Origin: an uncultured Planctomycetota bacterium
Lineage (GTDB): Bacteria > Planctomycetota > Planctomycetia > Isosphaerales > Isosphaeraceae
DNA length: 64,000 nt
Reading direction: 5' to 3'
Assembly (NCBI GenBank): GCA_963845755.1
Contig: CAWJTV010000020.1
Coordinates: forward strand, 128,001-192,000
In this document: piece by piece, positions 21,020 to 32,432 of the stretch
How positions within the stretch are numbered: position 1 is the stretch's first letter
Layout of the letters: the number at the start of each line of letters is the position of its first letter
Notes under the pieces: model-generated
Database searches by the model: none
Told to the model about the DNA's origin: nothing
What the model saw: only the letters and a program-made list of their open reading frames with translations
Made by a program: the position numbers and the translations under genes

Positions 21020-21127
21020 GAAGGCTGAAGGCTGAAGGATGAAGGATGAGTCAGGACCTGGGAAAGGCTGAAGGCTGAGTCAGCACCGCGCCCGTCTTTA
21101 TTCATCTTTCATCCTTGAGCCTTCAGG
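21020..21127. repeat. Inverted heptamer tandem repeats (GAAGGCT/GAAGGAT vs TTCATCC-like)
   Basis: gaaggct gaaggct gaaggat gaaggat ... ttcatct ttcatcc ttgagcc ttcaggg between cpaC and the next gene. Confidence 0.7.
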
Positions 21128-21167
21128 GTACCAGCCCTGGGGACGGCAACGACAAAGGACAAGACCG

Positions 21168-21806
21168 ATGGACGATCGACGAAGGACAATCGGCCGGTGG
21201 TTAGGTTGCGTTTTCCTGGTGGCGCTGGTCGCACACGTTGTGGTGGCCCAGCCGCCTGTGCCATCGGACAGTTCGAATGTGCCTGCCGTCTGTAACCGCC
21301 GCGGGCGAATACACCGGATGTTTCACCACGCGGCCCATACCCTCGAAGACGACTTCATCGGCCATCCGGATACCTTCATCGAGCCCCCCCTGGGGGCCTA
21401 CATCAACCAGCAGTTCGCGGTGCAGGTCTCGAAGGCGGATCCGCATCGGTTCACGGTCTACAGCTCGGACTTCCTGCCGGGCACGGATCGGTTCTCGCCG
21501 ATCGGGGCCACGCGCTTCAACCTGATGTACACGCGGCTGTCGGCCTGGTCCGGTCCGATCATCGTCGAGTGGACGCCCGACCAACCGGCCCTGGCCGAGG
21601 GGCGCCGCCAGGCGATCCTCGACACTTTGGAGCGGGCGGGCTCGCCGGTACTGGCCCAACGCGTGGTGATCGGACCGTCGCCGTATCCGGGAGCCCTGGG
21701 TGTCGAGGCGGTCAACCAGTACACGAACACGATCTCCCGGAACCAGGCGGCATCGCGGATCTTCCCGCTGTCACCGACCGAGTCGGCTTCCATGGGAGTG
21801 CGCTGA
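21168..21806 (+). CDS. Exported hypothetical protein in the secretin locus
   Basis: AAGGA RBS, signal peptide (..AHVVVA-Q), ends 1 nt before the next start. Confidence 0.8.
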   Translation: MDDRRRTIGRWLGCVFLVALVAHVVVAQPPVPSDSSNVPAVCNRRGRIHRMFHHAAHTLEDDFIGHPDTFIEPPLGAYINQQFAVQVSKADPHRFTVYSSDFLPGTDRFSPIGATRFNLMYTRLSAWSGPIIVEWTPDQPALAEGRRQAILDTLERAGSPVLAQRVVIGPSPYPGALGVEAVNQYTNTISRNQAASRIFPLSPTESASMGVR

Positions 21807-21807
21807 T

Positions 21808-22973
21808 ATGACGATCCCTCCTCGATTCGGGCGGCGTGGGCTGCGGGATCGTCTCTCGATTTCGACGGTCTCGTTTCTGACGAGTCTCGCGATGCTTGCC
21901 GGCCTGGGCGGGGGTTGCGGTCTCGTGCCGCGCCGGACGACGCCCGCCGCCGCTCCGACCCCGAGCCCAGCATCCCCGACGATGGCCCAGGAGGCACCGG
22001 CTCCGGTCGCGGTTGACGTGACCCGGACGACAGTCGGCGATGGCACCACCTTCCACAAGACGGCCACGGATCGCCAGCGTTTCCAGGTCCACCTGGATTT
22101 CGGGCGAGTTTTCGAGACGCAGGGAAACTTCGACCGCGCGATGCAGGAGTACCAGGATGCCTTGACGGTCACCGAGTCTGCCGGTCATCGGGAGTTCCAG
22201 GCCGACGATCGCGCCCTGGCCCACCGTCGTCTGGCCGCCGCGCTCGATCGCGTGGGACGATTCCCGCAGGCCGAAGACCATTATCAGAAAGCGATGAAGC
22301 TCGGCCCCAAGGACTCGCGGATCTGGAACGACGCGGGCTACAGCTATTATCTTCAGGGGCGCTGGAGCGACTCCGAAAGGCGCTCCGAACCGCCTTGAAA
22401 CTGGCTCCGGAGGATGAGAGGGTCCGGACGAACCTGGGCCTGACCCTGGCGGCGGCGGGACGGACCCAGGAAGTGCTTCCCCTGCTGAGCCGCTCCGACG
22501 GGGACGCGATCGGGCACGCCAACCTCGGCTATCTGCTGGCCGCGACCGGCCAGTTCGATCTGGCACGAGAGCAATACCAGAAAGCCCGCGCCCTGCGGCC
22601 CGACCTGGAACTGCCCCGCCGCGCGCTGGCCCAGCTCGATCGCCAGCAACAGGCCGGACAGGGCACGGGCACCAAGAACCTGATGACCCGCGCTACCATC
22701 CCGCCACCCATCCCGGCCGATCCCCATGTGATGCGGGCTTCCGCCACGGCCTCCAAGAACGTCAAAGGGCGAATCCCGCCACCCCTGCCGTTCTCGAACC
22801 TGAGCGGACAGGGCACGGGCACCAAGAACCTGGTGACTCGCGCCACCATCCCGCCACCCGTTCCGGCCGATCCCCATGTGACGCGGGTTTCCGCCACGGC
22901 CTCCGTGAGCGTCAAAGGGCGAATCCCGCCACCTCTGCCGTTCTCGAAACTGACGGGTCGGACGTTACCGTGA
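21808..22973 (+). CDS. TPR lipoprotein (TadD/pilotin-like); frameshift near 22380
   Basis: Lipobox-like GGGC, TPR motifs (HLDFGRVFE..G.FD.A..EY, WNDAGYSYYLQG, NLG..LA); continues in ORF 22395..22973. Confidence 0.8.
22656..22955 (+). repeat. 150-bp (50-aa) near-identical tandem duplication in the TPR protein tail
   Basis: Copies start at 22656 and 22806 (GQGTGTKNL.TRATIPPP.PADPHV.R.SATAS..VKGRIPPPLPFS). Confidence 0.95.
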
Positions 22974-23053
22974 ACGATCGGACGTGCCTCCCTCGGGAAG
23001 GCTCGGCGATGATAGCATGGGGACTGAGAATCAAGGGCAAGGTCGGTAATCCG

Positions 23054-23913
23054 TTATTCGCGCCCGTTAGACGCGACGAGGAGATCGTAGAACCGCGGCC
23101 GGCGATCGGCGATGCGGTTGATCTCGTGCCGCCCGGGGACGCGGACCAGGTGCTTCTTCCGCGCGCGGGACGGGTCGATCTCGACGGCGATGACTTCGTC
23201 TGTGTCGGCTCCGGCCCGGGCGAGCACAGTGCCGTTGGTGTCGACGATCGAGCTCGAGCCGATGAAGCGGAACCCGCTCTCCTCGCCGACACGGTTGACC
23301 GCCATGACGTAGACGGTGTTCTCCATCGCGCGGGTCGGGATCATGTGTTCGGCGGCGCATTCGGAGTGGGTCGGCCAATTGGTGGGGAGTACCAGCAGGT
23401 CGGCACCCATCAGGGAGAGGACGCGGGCCGTCTCGGGGAATGAGCCGTCGTAGCAGATATGCATGCCGACACGGATTCCTCCGGCGTCATGGACGGCGAA
23501 TGACCTATCGCCGGGGTCCACGAACATGTCGATGCCCAGGTACGGGAGATGCACCTTCCGGTAGGAGCCAACGACGCCGTTCGGGCCGGTCAGCACGCAG
23601 GCGTTGAACAGCCGCGAGCCGTCGCGCTCCAGCAAGCCGAAGATGCTGAAGCACTGGTGCCGATTGCACGCCGCGACAACCCGGCGCACGGCGTCGCCGT
23701 CAATCGGCACTGCGTGCGATAGTCCTTCCTCCCGGCTAGAGAACCCGTAACCCGAGAGGGCGCATTCCGGGAACACCACCAGGTGCGCCCGGCGCCGGCG
23801 GCCTGGTCGATCCGCTCCAGGATGCATTCGAGGTTCTGGTCCAGCCGGCCCAGTTTCGGCTCCATCTGGACGGCAGCCACGCGGTAAGTCGGCTCGGTTG
23901 ATGAAGTCGGCAT
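23054..23913 (-). CDS. Carbon-nitrogen hydrolase (nitrilase superfamily); frameshift near 23788
   Basis: VAAVQM, catalytic triad FPEC / YRK / ICYD, RAMEN, DRRP. Confidence 0.9.
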
Positions 23914-23956
23914 AGTGCGTTGAACTCAACTCTCCAGGAGACGATCCGAGAAGCCT

Positions 23957-24018
23957 GTAGGGTGGGTGAAACCCAACCAGGAATGCGGCACAATACTGGT
24001 CGGTTTCAACCACCCTAC
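23957..24018. repeat. REP doublet (REPIN-like) with GTAG ends
   Basis: gtagggtgggtgaaacccaacc ... ggtcggtttcaaccaccctac. Confidence 0.8.
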
Positions 24019-24050
24019 AAAGGCCCGACGCTGTCCTGGGACAACTCCGA

Positions 24051-25526
24051 TTACCCGAGCTTGACGGTGACGGTCTTGAGCTCGGTGTAGTGCTCGAGGG
24101 CGGCCTCGCCGTTCTCGCGGCCCTGGCCGGACATCTTGAATCCGCCGAACGGGGTATTGGTGTCGACGATGTGGTAGCAGTTGACCCAGACCGTGCCCGC
24201 CTTGACCTTCTTGGCGAAGAGGTGGGCCTTGTCGATGTCCTTGGTCCAGACCGCGGCGGCCAGGCCGTACTGGGTCTTGTTCGCCCGCTCGATGACCTCA
24301 TCGACGCCCTTGAACGGGAGTACGCTGACTACGGGCCCGAAGATCTCGTCGCGGGCAATCGCCATGTCGTCCTTGACGTTGTCGAAGATGGTCGGCTGGA
24401 CGAAGAAGCCGTTGGTGCCGACGCGCTCGCCACCAGTCAACAGCCGCGCGCCTTGCTTCTCACCCAGCTCGACGTAGTGGAGGATCTTGTCGAGTTGCTC
24501 CTGGGAGACCTGGGGGCCTTGCTCGGTCTTGGGATTGAGCGGATCGCCGATGACGCGTCCTTTGGCCTTCTCGGCGAGCCGTTCGACGAACTCCTGGTGG
24601 ATCTTCGAAATCGACGAATAGCCGGCTGCCGGCGGTGCAGCACTGGCCCCCGTGGAAGTAGATGGCGTGGAAGGCACCGGCAACGGCGGCCTCCATGTCG
24701 GCGTCGGCGAAGATGACGTTGGGGCTCTTGCCTCCCAGCTCGAATGTGGTGCGCTTCAAGGTATCGGCGGCGGCCTTCTGGATAATCTTGGCCGTGTCGA
24801 CGTGCCCGGTGAACGCGATCTTATCGACGTCCGGGTGGTTGACGAGAGCCGCGCCGGTGGTCTCGCCCAGGCCGTTGACGACGTTGATCACTCCGGCCGG
24901 GAAGCCCGCCTCCTTGGCCAGCTCGGCGACGCGCAGGGCCGTCAGCGGCGTCTGCTCGGCCGGCTTCATCACCACGGTGTTCCCGCACGCGAGCGCCGGT
25001 CCCCACTTCCACGCCAGCATCAGGAGCGGGAAGTTCCAGGGGATGATCTGGCCGACCACGCCCACCGGCTGTCGCAAGGTGTACGAGAGGAAACTGCCAC
25101 GCACCGGGATCGTCCGCCCCTCGACCTTGTCGGCCCAGCCGGCATAGTAACGCAGGGTGTTGCAGACCCCTTGCATGTCTCCCTTCGAATCATTGATCGT
25201 CTTACCGCAATTGAGCGACTCGAGGGATGCGATCTCGGCAGCGTTCTGCTCGATCAGGTCGGCCAGCTTGAACAGGAGCCTGCCGCGGTCGGCGGCGTCC
25301 ATGGTGCTCCAGGGGCCGGATTCCGGCGCCGGCGCACCGCCTTTACCGCCTTGTCAACGTCGGCCGCGCTGGCGGCCGCGACCTTGGCGAGCACCTCGCC
25401 CGTGGCCGGGTTCAAGGTCTCGAATTCGCCGCCATCGGACGGGTCCACCCACTCATTGTTGATGAAGAGCTTGGTCAGCTTGATCTTGGGTTTGGACGTC
25501 GGGGCCTTTGCCGTCGTGGTGGCCAT
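24051..25526 (-). CDS. NAD-dependent aldehyde dehydrogenase (ALDH1/2-like); frameshifts near 25328 and 24609
   Basis: IIPWNFP, KPAEQTP, FTG, ELGGKSP, catalytic [19 protein letters not shown] spread over three ORFs. Confidence 0.92.
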
Positions 25527-25717
25527 GGTTATTGCTCCTGGATGGTTGCTTGAAGGTTGCCTCGGAGCCCAGCGGGATAGTCGAATCGTCGTCGGCCTCG
25601 CGGGACATGTCAACCCCCCGGAGGAAGGGAAGCGATCTATCGCAAAGGGCGCGAAGGTCGTCGAGAAAACCGCAATGGGAACGACGATCAGACAGGATCA
25701 ATGGAAGCCTGAGCCGC

Positions 25718-26386
25718 TCAGGGATGTTTGCCCTCGTAGAAGATGATCAACTTCGGCTTGAGAGCATCAAACAGCTCTTGCCTCCCGGCCTGGGAAGTTT
25801 GTGTACCGTTGAGATCCAGCAACTCGAGGTGACTCAGGCCCTTCAAATGCTTCAGCCCGACGTTCGTGACCGCGTTATTGCGTAGGACCAGGAATCGCAG
25901 TCGATGCAGCCTTCGGAGTTGCATCAACCCGGCGTCGGTGATGGCGGCACCGTCGAGGGCAAGCCCTCGGAGATTCGACAGGTTTGAGACGCATGACAAC
26001 CCTGCATCCGTGACAGGCGATCCGCCCAGGTCGAGCTGCTCGAGTCCACTCAGATGCCCGATCTTTGTCATTTCCGCGTCCGAGCCGCCTGGACCCAGAC
26101 CTACATAGGTGACGTGGCCGAAGTAGTTGACGCCCAGCCAATCGACCATCCGCTCCGTAACCCAGGGAGGTCTCGTGAGTGAATTCCTGCCTTCTTGCTG
26201 CCAATTGTAACGGACCCAGCCGCCCGCTTTCTCGATCGCCGCCACCGCCTCGCGTTGGGTCCGCGCACCGCGTGCGAGCCAGCCCAAGCAGCCGCCGAGG
26301 ATCAAGATCCCGACGATCTGTCCCCGAATGCTGAAGCGCAGACGTGCCCACCATCGACGTGAGACCGGCTTCGGCTGGTCTTCCAC
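25718..26386 (-). CDS. Membrane-anchored leucine-rich-repeat protein
   Basis: RFSIR + TM, repeats LxxLxLxxxxVTDAGL; GTG start after GGAGG. Confidence 0.82.
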   Translation of the reverse strand: MEDQPKPVSRRWWARLRFSIRGQIVGILILGGCLGWLARGARTQREAVAAIEKAGGWVRYNWQQEGRNSLTRPPWVTERMVDWLGVNYFGHVTYVGLGPGGSDAEMTKIGHLSGLEQLDLGGSPVTDAGLSCVSNLSNLRGLALDGAAITDAGLMQLRRLHRLRFLVLRNNAVTNVGLKHLKGLSHLELLDLNGTQTSQAGRQELFDALKPKLIIFYEGKHP

Positions 26387-27350
26387 GGCGGCTTCCTCCC
26401 GCAATCCAAGGGACACGGTTTGCTTCGACAATTGTCGGGTGTTGTGCAGACCGAGTCAATTCCGACCTCCACCTGATGATCTGACGGCTTGCTCGGCGCG
26501 TCGGCGCGACCTGAGAGCGCCTATCGGTTGGATTGCGCACGCCCCAGGACGACGCGAAGCCCCCCGCTAAACTTCAGGCTGAAAATAATTTCGGATTTTT
26601 TATCTGCCGCTGGGGCTGAGAGTTGGGGCGGCTCTCGGCCGAAATCCCCGCTAGGTGCATTAACGGTTTCCCAAAGTTGCGGCATCCTGAGAGTATGGCC
26701 CACGTGAGATCACTGCCGAAACGGACTCCCGGACCGCACCTCCCGGTCCAGGTCGTCGTCGCAACCGGATATCAGCCAAAGAGATCGGGGAGCGCAGACC
26801 CGGGAAAAAGATGTCCCATTGTGCCACGTGATGACACCCGCATCGGTCGGTGAGTCCCGGAGGGGGCCTGCGCTCGGCCGGGTGGCCAGGTCGGCAGACC
26901 GTGCCACAGCGCGGGGCGCGGGCCACGCAAGTGGAAGGCGCTCTACGATGAGCGTCGTCACCCAGGCGGGCCTTGACAACCCGGCTCTCAGCAGACAGCC
27001 AGGGTCGGGTGAGTGTCTCGAGAGTCGGTGGAAAACGCATCGTGTTTCGTTGACATGTCTGATCGGCCTGACAGAGGCTTCGACGGCGATTTCCGACGCG
27101 ATTTGCACCCTCTCTCGCCAGGTTCCGGCACGCTGGTGATCGGCTTATACCTGTTGCGTGTCAGTCCCCGTTTCCCTGGCCGTATGCAATACAGGCGAAA
27201 ACCGCTCTAATCGATGAAGAGGCTGGTGAAGGGCCACATCGCCAAACTACCCAGTCTACGCAAGTACATCGAAATGCTCCCTCGATCGCCCATCGGAAAA
27301 AAAAGGGAAAAAAACCGGCGCAATCCCTTCCGACTCGTGACTGAAGTTCC

Positions 27351-27980
27351 ATGAAATCCTCCATCGACTGGAACATGCGCACCGACCCCGAGTCGCTCTT
27401 GAGTCGGGCCAAGGCAGGGTGCGGACTCGCGTTAGGTCGGCTATTGGATCGGAATCGGCGCAGCCTGGCGGTGCTGGTCCGGGTCCAGGTCGGCCGCCGC
27501 CTCCAGGTGAAATTGGACGTTGACGATCTCTTGCAAGAGGTCTCGCTCGAAGCCCACCGGCACATCGGTCACTTTCGTGGCAACTCGGAGGGGGAGTTCC
27601 TGTCCTGGCTTCGAACGATCCTCGCCGCCATCTTGTCGAACCAGGTCCGGCGCTACTTCGGAAGTCGGCGGCGCGACGTTCGGCGAGATCGACCGATTGA
27701 GGGTGAGCTGGGAAGTTCGTCGGGTGCCTGGGACCTAGGCCTGGTGGCTCCGGACACGTCGCCAAGCCAGCGGGCAGTCCGCCGCGAACGGGCCGCGCGG
27801 CTGGCCGAAGCCATGGAGGGGCTGCCGGAGATTTATCGCCAGGTGATTGCCCTGAGGCATCTCGAGGGCCTGGGTTTCGCGGAGGTCGCCCAGCGGATGG
27901 GGCGCACCGAGGACAGTGTCAAGAACATGTGGGTGCGGGCTGTTCACCGGCTCCGTGATTTGTTGGAGGATCTGCGATGA
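27351..27980 (+). CDS. ECF sigma-70 factor, Planctomycetaceae-type (TIGR02984-like)
   Basis: DDLLQEV, FRGNSEGEFLSWLR, DTSPSQ, LRHLEGL.FAEVA..MGR; stop overlaps kinase start (ATGA). Confidence 0.9.
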   Translation: MKSSIDWNMRTDPESLLSRAKAGCGLALGRLLDRNRRSLAVLVRVQVGRRLQVKLDVDDLLQEVSLEAHRHIGHFRGNSEGEFLSWLRTILAAILSNQVRRYFGSRRRDVRRDRPIEGELGSSSGAWDLGLVAPDTSPSQRAVRRERAARLAEAMEGLPEIYRQVIALRHLEGLGFAEVAQRMGRTEDSVKNMWVRAVHRLRDLLEDLR

Positions 27981-30616
27981 TCCCAGACCGCCGCGGAGGC
28001 GTCGCCGCGACGACCTGCATCCCGGCCGTGTCGCCCGACTCAGAGGACGACCCGAGAGTGGCCTCGGCCCTGGCAGCTTACCTGGCGGAGCTCGAAGCCG
28101 GGAAGCGGCCCTCACGCGGGGAATTCCTGCGCGCAACCCAGACATCGCCCAGGCTCTGGACGCCTGCCTCGCCGTTGTGGAATTCGTCCACGTGGCGGCC
28201 GCCGAGAGGTCCTGGGATGGCGCAGACTCGCCGCCCACGGATGCCTTGCCACCCAACACGATCCTGGGCGACTATCGACTGATTCGCGAGGTCGGCCGGG
28301 GTGGCATGGGTATCGTCTACGAAGCCGACCAGGTCTCACTGGGGCGCCGGGTCGCACTCAAGGTCCTCTCCGGCGCCGGGGCATTGGACCCGAAGAAACT
28401 CCAGCGGTTCCAGGTTGAGGTGCAGGCGATCGCCCAGCTCCACCACCCGCAGATCGTCCCGATCTTCGCTGTCGGCAGCGAGCACGGTACCCACTACTAT
28501 GCGATGCAGTACATCGACGGCCCCACGCTGGCCGACGTGATCCATCTGCACCGTCATCTCGGTCGGGAGGCCACAACTGGGGCGGCGCGTGGACCGGATC
28601 CTTCCTCCAACGAAACAGCGTCATCGGGCCCGGGCGAGCCGTCGGCCAATCCGTGTGATCAAGGGCTGATCGGCGCCTCGCCCTCGGGGCTCGCGAATCG
28701 TCCTTGCCGGTGGCCAGTCGCCTTCCGGGCGCTGGCGCAACTCGGCATCCAGGCGGCCGAGGCACTCGACCATGCGCACTCGATGGGGATTCTCCACCGC
28801 GATATCAAGCCATCGAACCTCTTGATCGATGCGCGAGGGAACCTCTGGATCACTGACTTCGGCCTCGCTCGATTCCAGGACGAGCCCGGCCTCACACGCA
28901 CCGGCGACCTGCTCGGCACCCTGCGTTACATGGACCCCGAGGTGGTCTTCGGTCGCCGGATGAGCTTCGACCCGCGCTCCGATATCTACGCCCTGGGAGC
29001 GACGCTCTACGAGGTCTTGACCCTGCGTCCCGTCTTCGACGGTGGCGACCGCGAGGAACTCTTGCGCCAGATCGCCCTGGTGGAGCCGGTCCGCGCCCGG
29101 CGGCTTGATCCGACGATCCCCCGCGATCTGGAGACGATCGTCGGCAAGGCGATGGCCAAGGAACCCGGCCGCCGCTACCAGACGGCCCGCGAGCTGGGCG
29201 AGGACCTGCGGCGGTTCCTGGAGGACAAGCCGATCCAGGCCCGTCCGCCGACTCCCCTGGAGCGCACGGCGAAATGGGTACGCCGGCACCGGGTCGTGCT
29301 GCTCGCCACCGCGACGGTCGCCTTCCTGACGATGGCCATCGGCGCCGGGCTGCTCTGGAGAGAACAGCGGCGGACCGCCCAGATCAATCACGAATTGTCC
29401 CTCGCCGTCGACCAAGGGGAGAGGTACTTCGACGAAATCATCCGGCTGTCGGATGAGCTGACCATGAAGGGGATGCGGCGCTTCGCCGAGACCAGCCAAC
29501 CCCCACAGCGGCAGGAGGGCGTTCGCGCGTTCTACGACCAGGCGATTGCCTTCTACGAGCGGCTGGCGCACCAGGCCCCCGTCACAACGCGGATGAAAGC
29601 CCTCGCCTACCGGCGGCTGGGATTCACACGCATGGTCAATCAGGCTCCGGGGGCGGAGGGCGATTTCCGCCGGTCGCTCGATCTCTACGAGAAGCTGCTG
29701 GCTGAGGCGCCACGAGACCCCGATCTCCGTCAGTCGGTCGCCGAAGTCGAATTCCAACTGGGCCTCCGGCGCCTGTTCTCTGGTGGGGGGATCAGCGCGG
29801 CGGAGCCGTCGTTCCGGCGGCTCGATCTCGATCGAGGAAGAGCTGGCGTCCGAATTCGCAGAAGATCCACAATACCTCCGGGACCTCGCCAACAAGCGGA
29901 TCCAGCTCGCCCTCTGGCTGAAGCAGATTGGCCGATCGACCGAGGCGGAACGAGAGTGGCGGCAACTGCTCGACTTCTTCGACGGGATGTCGTCCCGCTC
30001 CTCAGCGACACCAGGACAAAGCGCCCGGGTGGCGGCGGCCTACCAGTCTCTGAGCCAGGACCTGGCCAGATTTGGATGGCATCGCGAGCGAGAGGAAGCG
30101 ATCCGCCAGGCCCTGAAGCTTCAGCCGAACGATCCGGGCCTCTTCAATGACCTCGCCTGGGCTCTGGCTTGCCGCCCGGATCCCACACCGTCTCAGTCGG
30201 CCGAAGCGGTGGAGCTGGCAAAGAAGGCGATCGCCGCGCAGCCGAAGGATCGCGCCTCTTGGAACACGCTCGGCCTGGCTCACCTCCGTGCGGGTCATTT
30301 GCCGTTGGCCGCTGAAGCCCTGGACCGCTCGATTCAACTCCATTCCCAGGGCGGCGATGTCCTCGATCGGCTCCTCATGGCGATGATCTGCTGGCGCCAA
30401 GGCGACCGGCCGAAGGCGCTCGACTGGTACACCCGGGCGCTGGACTGGATGTCAAGGCACTCGGATTCCGACCCGGACCTGCCCACCCTCCGGGCCGAGA
30501 CGGAGGCCCTCCTGGGCCGATCCCAGTCCGCCGATCCGCGCCCGAATGCGGCGAGACTCAACCACCATGGCTCTGAATCCGGGAACACCGGATTGTCTCT
30601 CAAATCCCAGTCCTAG
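27977..30616 (+). CDS. Ser/Thr protein kinase with TM segment and C-terminal TPRs; frameshifts near 28128 and 29818
   Basis: GRGGMG, VALK, HRDIKPSN, DFG, GTLRYM.PE, SDIYALG; TPR NDLAW..A, WNTLG. Confidence 0.9.
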
Positions 30617-30858
30617 ACGACTCCGTTGATAGCCCTGACCGTCGTCGAGATTGTCGTGGTCCGGTCGCAATCGGCTTGTCGGATCGCCGTACCCCTTCCA
30701 AAATGATTCCCACGACCTCGAGATCCGATGATCCCACCGGTTCGTGTTGGAGTCTCGCCTCCAGGCAGAAACGGGGCCTGTACGGCGGACCGGCTGGTGT
30801 CGTGGCTCCAACCGGGGAATCCACCGAGGTTGCTCGCTTTCAATCAAGGATCGATCCG

Positions 30859-31938
30859 ATGTGGTTGCGACCCGTTCGGCTGATCGGTTTCTCGCTGCTC
30901 GTGATCCTGTTCGCCTCCGGCCCAATCGGCGCGGGCGAGTTGCACTCGACGCGACTCTTTGGACCCGAGGTCCCGACCGGTCCGTACAAGCATCCGGCCT
31001 GCATGACGGAGCTGAGCAATGGCGACCTGTTCCTCGTCTACTACGGCGGCAAGGGAGAATACGCCACCGACACGGCGGTCTTCGGCTCCCGGCTAAAGAA
31101 GGGGACCTCGCAATGGACGCCGCCCAAGCCCATCGCCCAGGACCCGTTTCGATCCGTCGGTAACGGCGTGATCTGGGAGGCTCCCGACGGCGCCGTCTGG
31201 CTCTATTACGTGGTCCGGTACGGAGACACCTGGTCAACCTCGCGCATCCAGTTCAAGGTCTCGCGCGACCACGCCGAGACCTGGTCGGACGCCTCGGTCC
31301 TCTCGCAGGATGAGGGCGACATGGTCCGGGGCCGGCCGATCGTCCTCAACGGCGGCGATTATCTCCTGCCGATCTATCACGAGACCGGACACGATACCGA
31401 GATGGTCGGCCCGGAAAGCACGTCGCTGTTCTTGAAGTTCAACCCCGGCAAGAAGACCTGGACCAAGACCGGGGCGATCCGGTCGCCGCGCGGGAATATC
31501 CAGCCTGCGGTGGTTCAGCTCGACGACGGCCGCCTGATCGCCTATTGCCGCCGCGGTGGCGACTACGATCCCAAAACCGTCGGCTATATCGTCCGCTCGG
31601 AGTCTCACGATGGCGGCCGGACCTGGAGCGAGGGGAAGGATTCGCCCTTTCCGAATCCCAACGCGGCTGTTGATTTCCTGAAGCTCCGTAGCGGCCGGCT
31701 CCTGCTCGTTTTCAACGACAGCATGAACCGCCGGACTCCGCTCACCGTGGCCCTTTCGCTCGATCAAGACCGCACCTGGCCGATCCGCCGGAATGTCGCC
31801 GAGGGCAACAACGACTTCGGCTATCCCAGTGCATTCCAGGCGCGCGACGGCCGCATCCATGTGGTGTTCACGTCGGATCGCCGGTCGGTCGTCAATCACG
31901 CGGTCTTTGATGAAGATTGGGTGATCCAGCCCAGGTGA
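30859..31938 (+). CDS. Exported BNR/Asp-box sialidase-like glycosidase
   Basis: Signal peptide; Asp boxes SRDHAETW, SHDGGRTW, SLDQDRTW; GYPS. Confidence 0.88.
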   Translation: MWLRPVRLIGFSLLVILFASGPIGAGELHSTRLFGPEVPTGPYKHPACMTELSNGDLFLVYYGGKGEYATDTAVFGSRLKKGTSQWTPPKPIAQDPFRSVGNGVIWEAPDGAVWLYYVVRYGDTWSTSRIQFKVSRDHAETWSDASVLSQDEGDMVRGRPIVLNGGDYLLPIYHETGHDTEMVGPESTSLFLKFNPGKKTWTKTGAIRSPRGNIQPAVVQLDDGRLIAYCRRGGDYDPKTVGYIVRSESHDGGRTWSEGKDSPFPNPNAAVDFLKLRSGRLLLVFNDSMNRRTPLTVALSLDQDRTWPIRRNVAEGNNDFGYPSAFQARDGRIHVVFTSDRRSVVNHAVFDEDWVIQPR

Positions 31939-32432
31939 AAGCCTTCTTTCATCTGTGCCGAATCTTGCTCACGAAGACTCTCGCAGTCCTCTATCTCCTC
32001 GACTCCCGGTCTCGAAGCGGCACCCGAGGATGCTAGGATTTCCCCAGAACCCGGCTCTCTCCACCGATGCCGTTTGGCAGTTCCGGCAATTCGATCTCCT
32101 GTCTTTGTAGGTTACTTCAACCGTCAACAAACACATCGATGCGACATCCTCTCTTATCAATAACCATATGGAAGCGTAATACGAGTGATTAATAATATAT
32201 AATAATGTTCGCTTAATCATGGGACTTGCAAGCGAGACGATCTGCACGAGGTCGATCATTTCCTCGCGTCTCACGGGCATCCTCCCGATTTTTTTGCTAA
32301 TGCATGGGCCTGTTTTGCGTCTAATACCCTAGAAAGCTCTTCGCCCGTCTCGATAGGGATCGAGTCGTCGGCATTCAGGACGCACCTGCATCGTTGCATG
32401 ATTGAAGCCTTTCCCAACTGGGAGGAACGACC

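Noticed and set aside
17534..21127. Short repeats as a CRISPR array
   Set aside because: No constant 23-47-nt repeats with unique spacers and no cas genes
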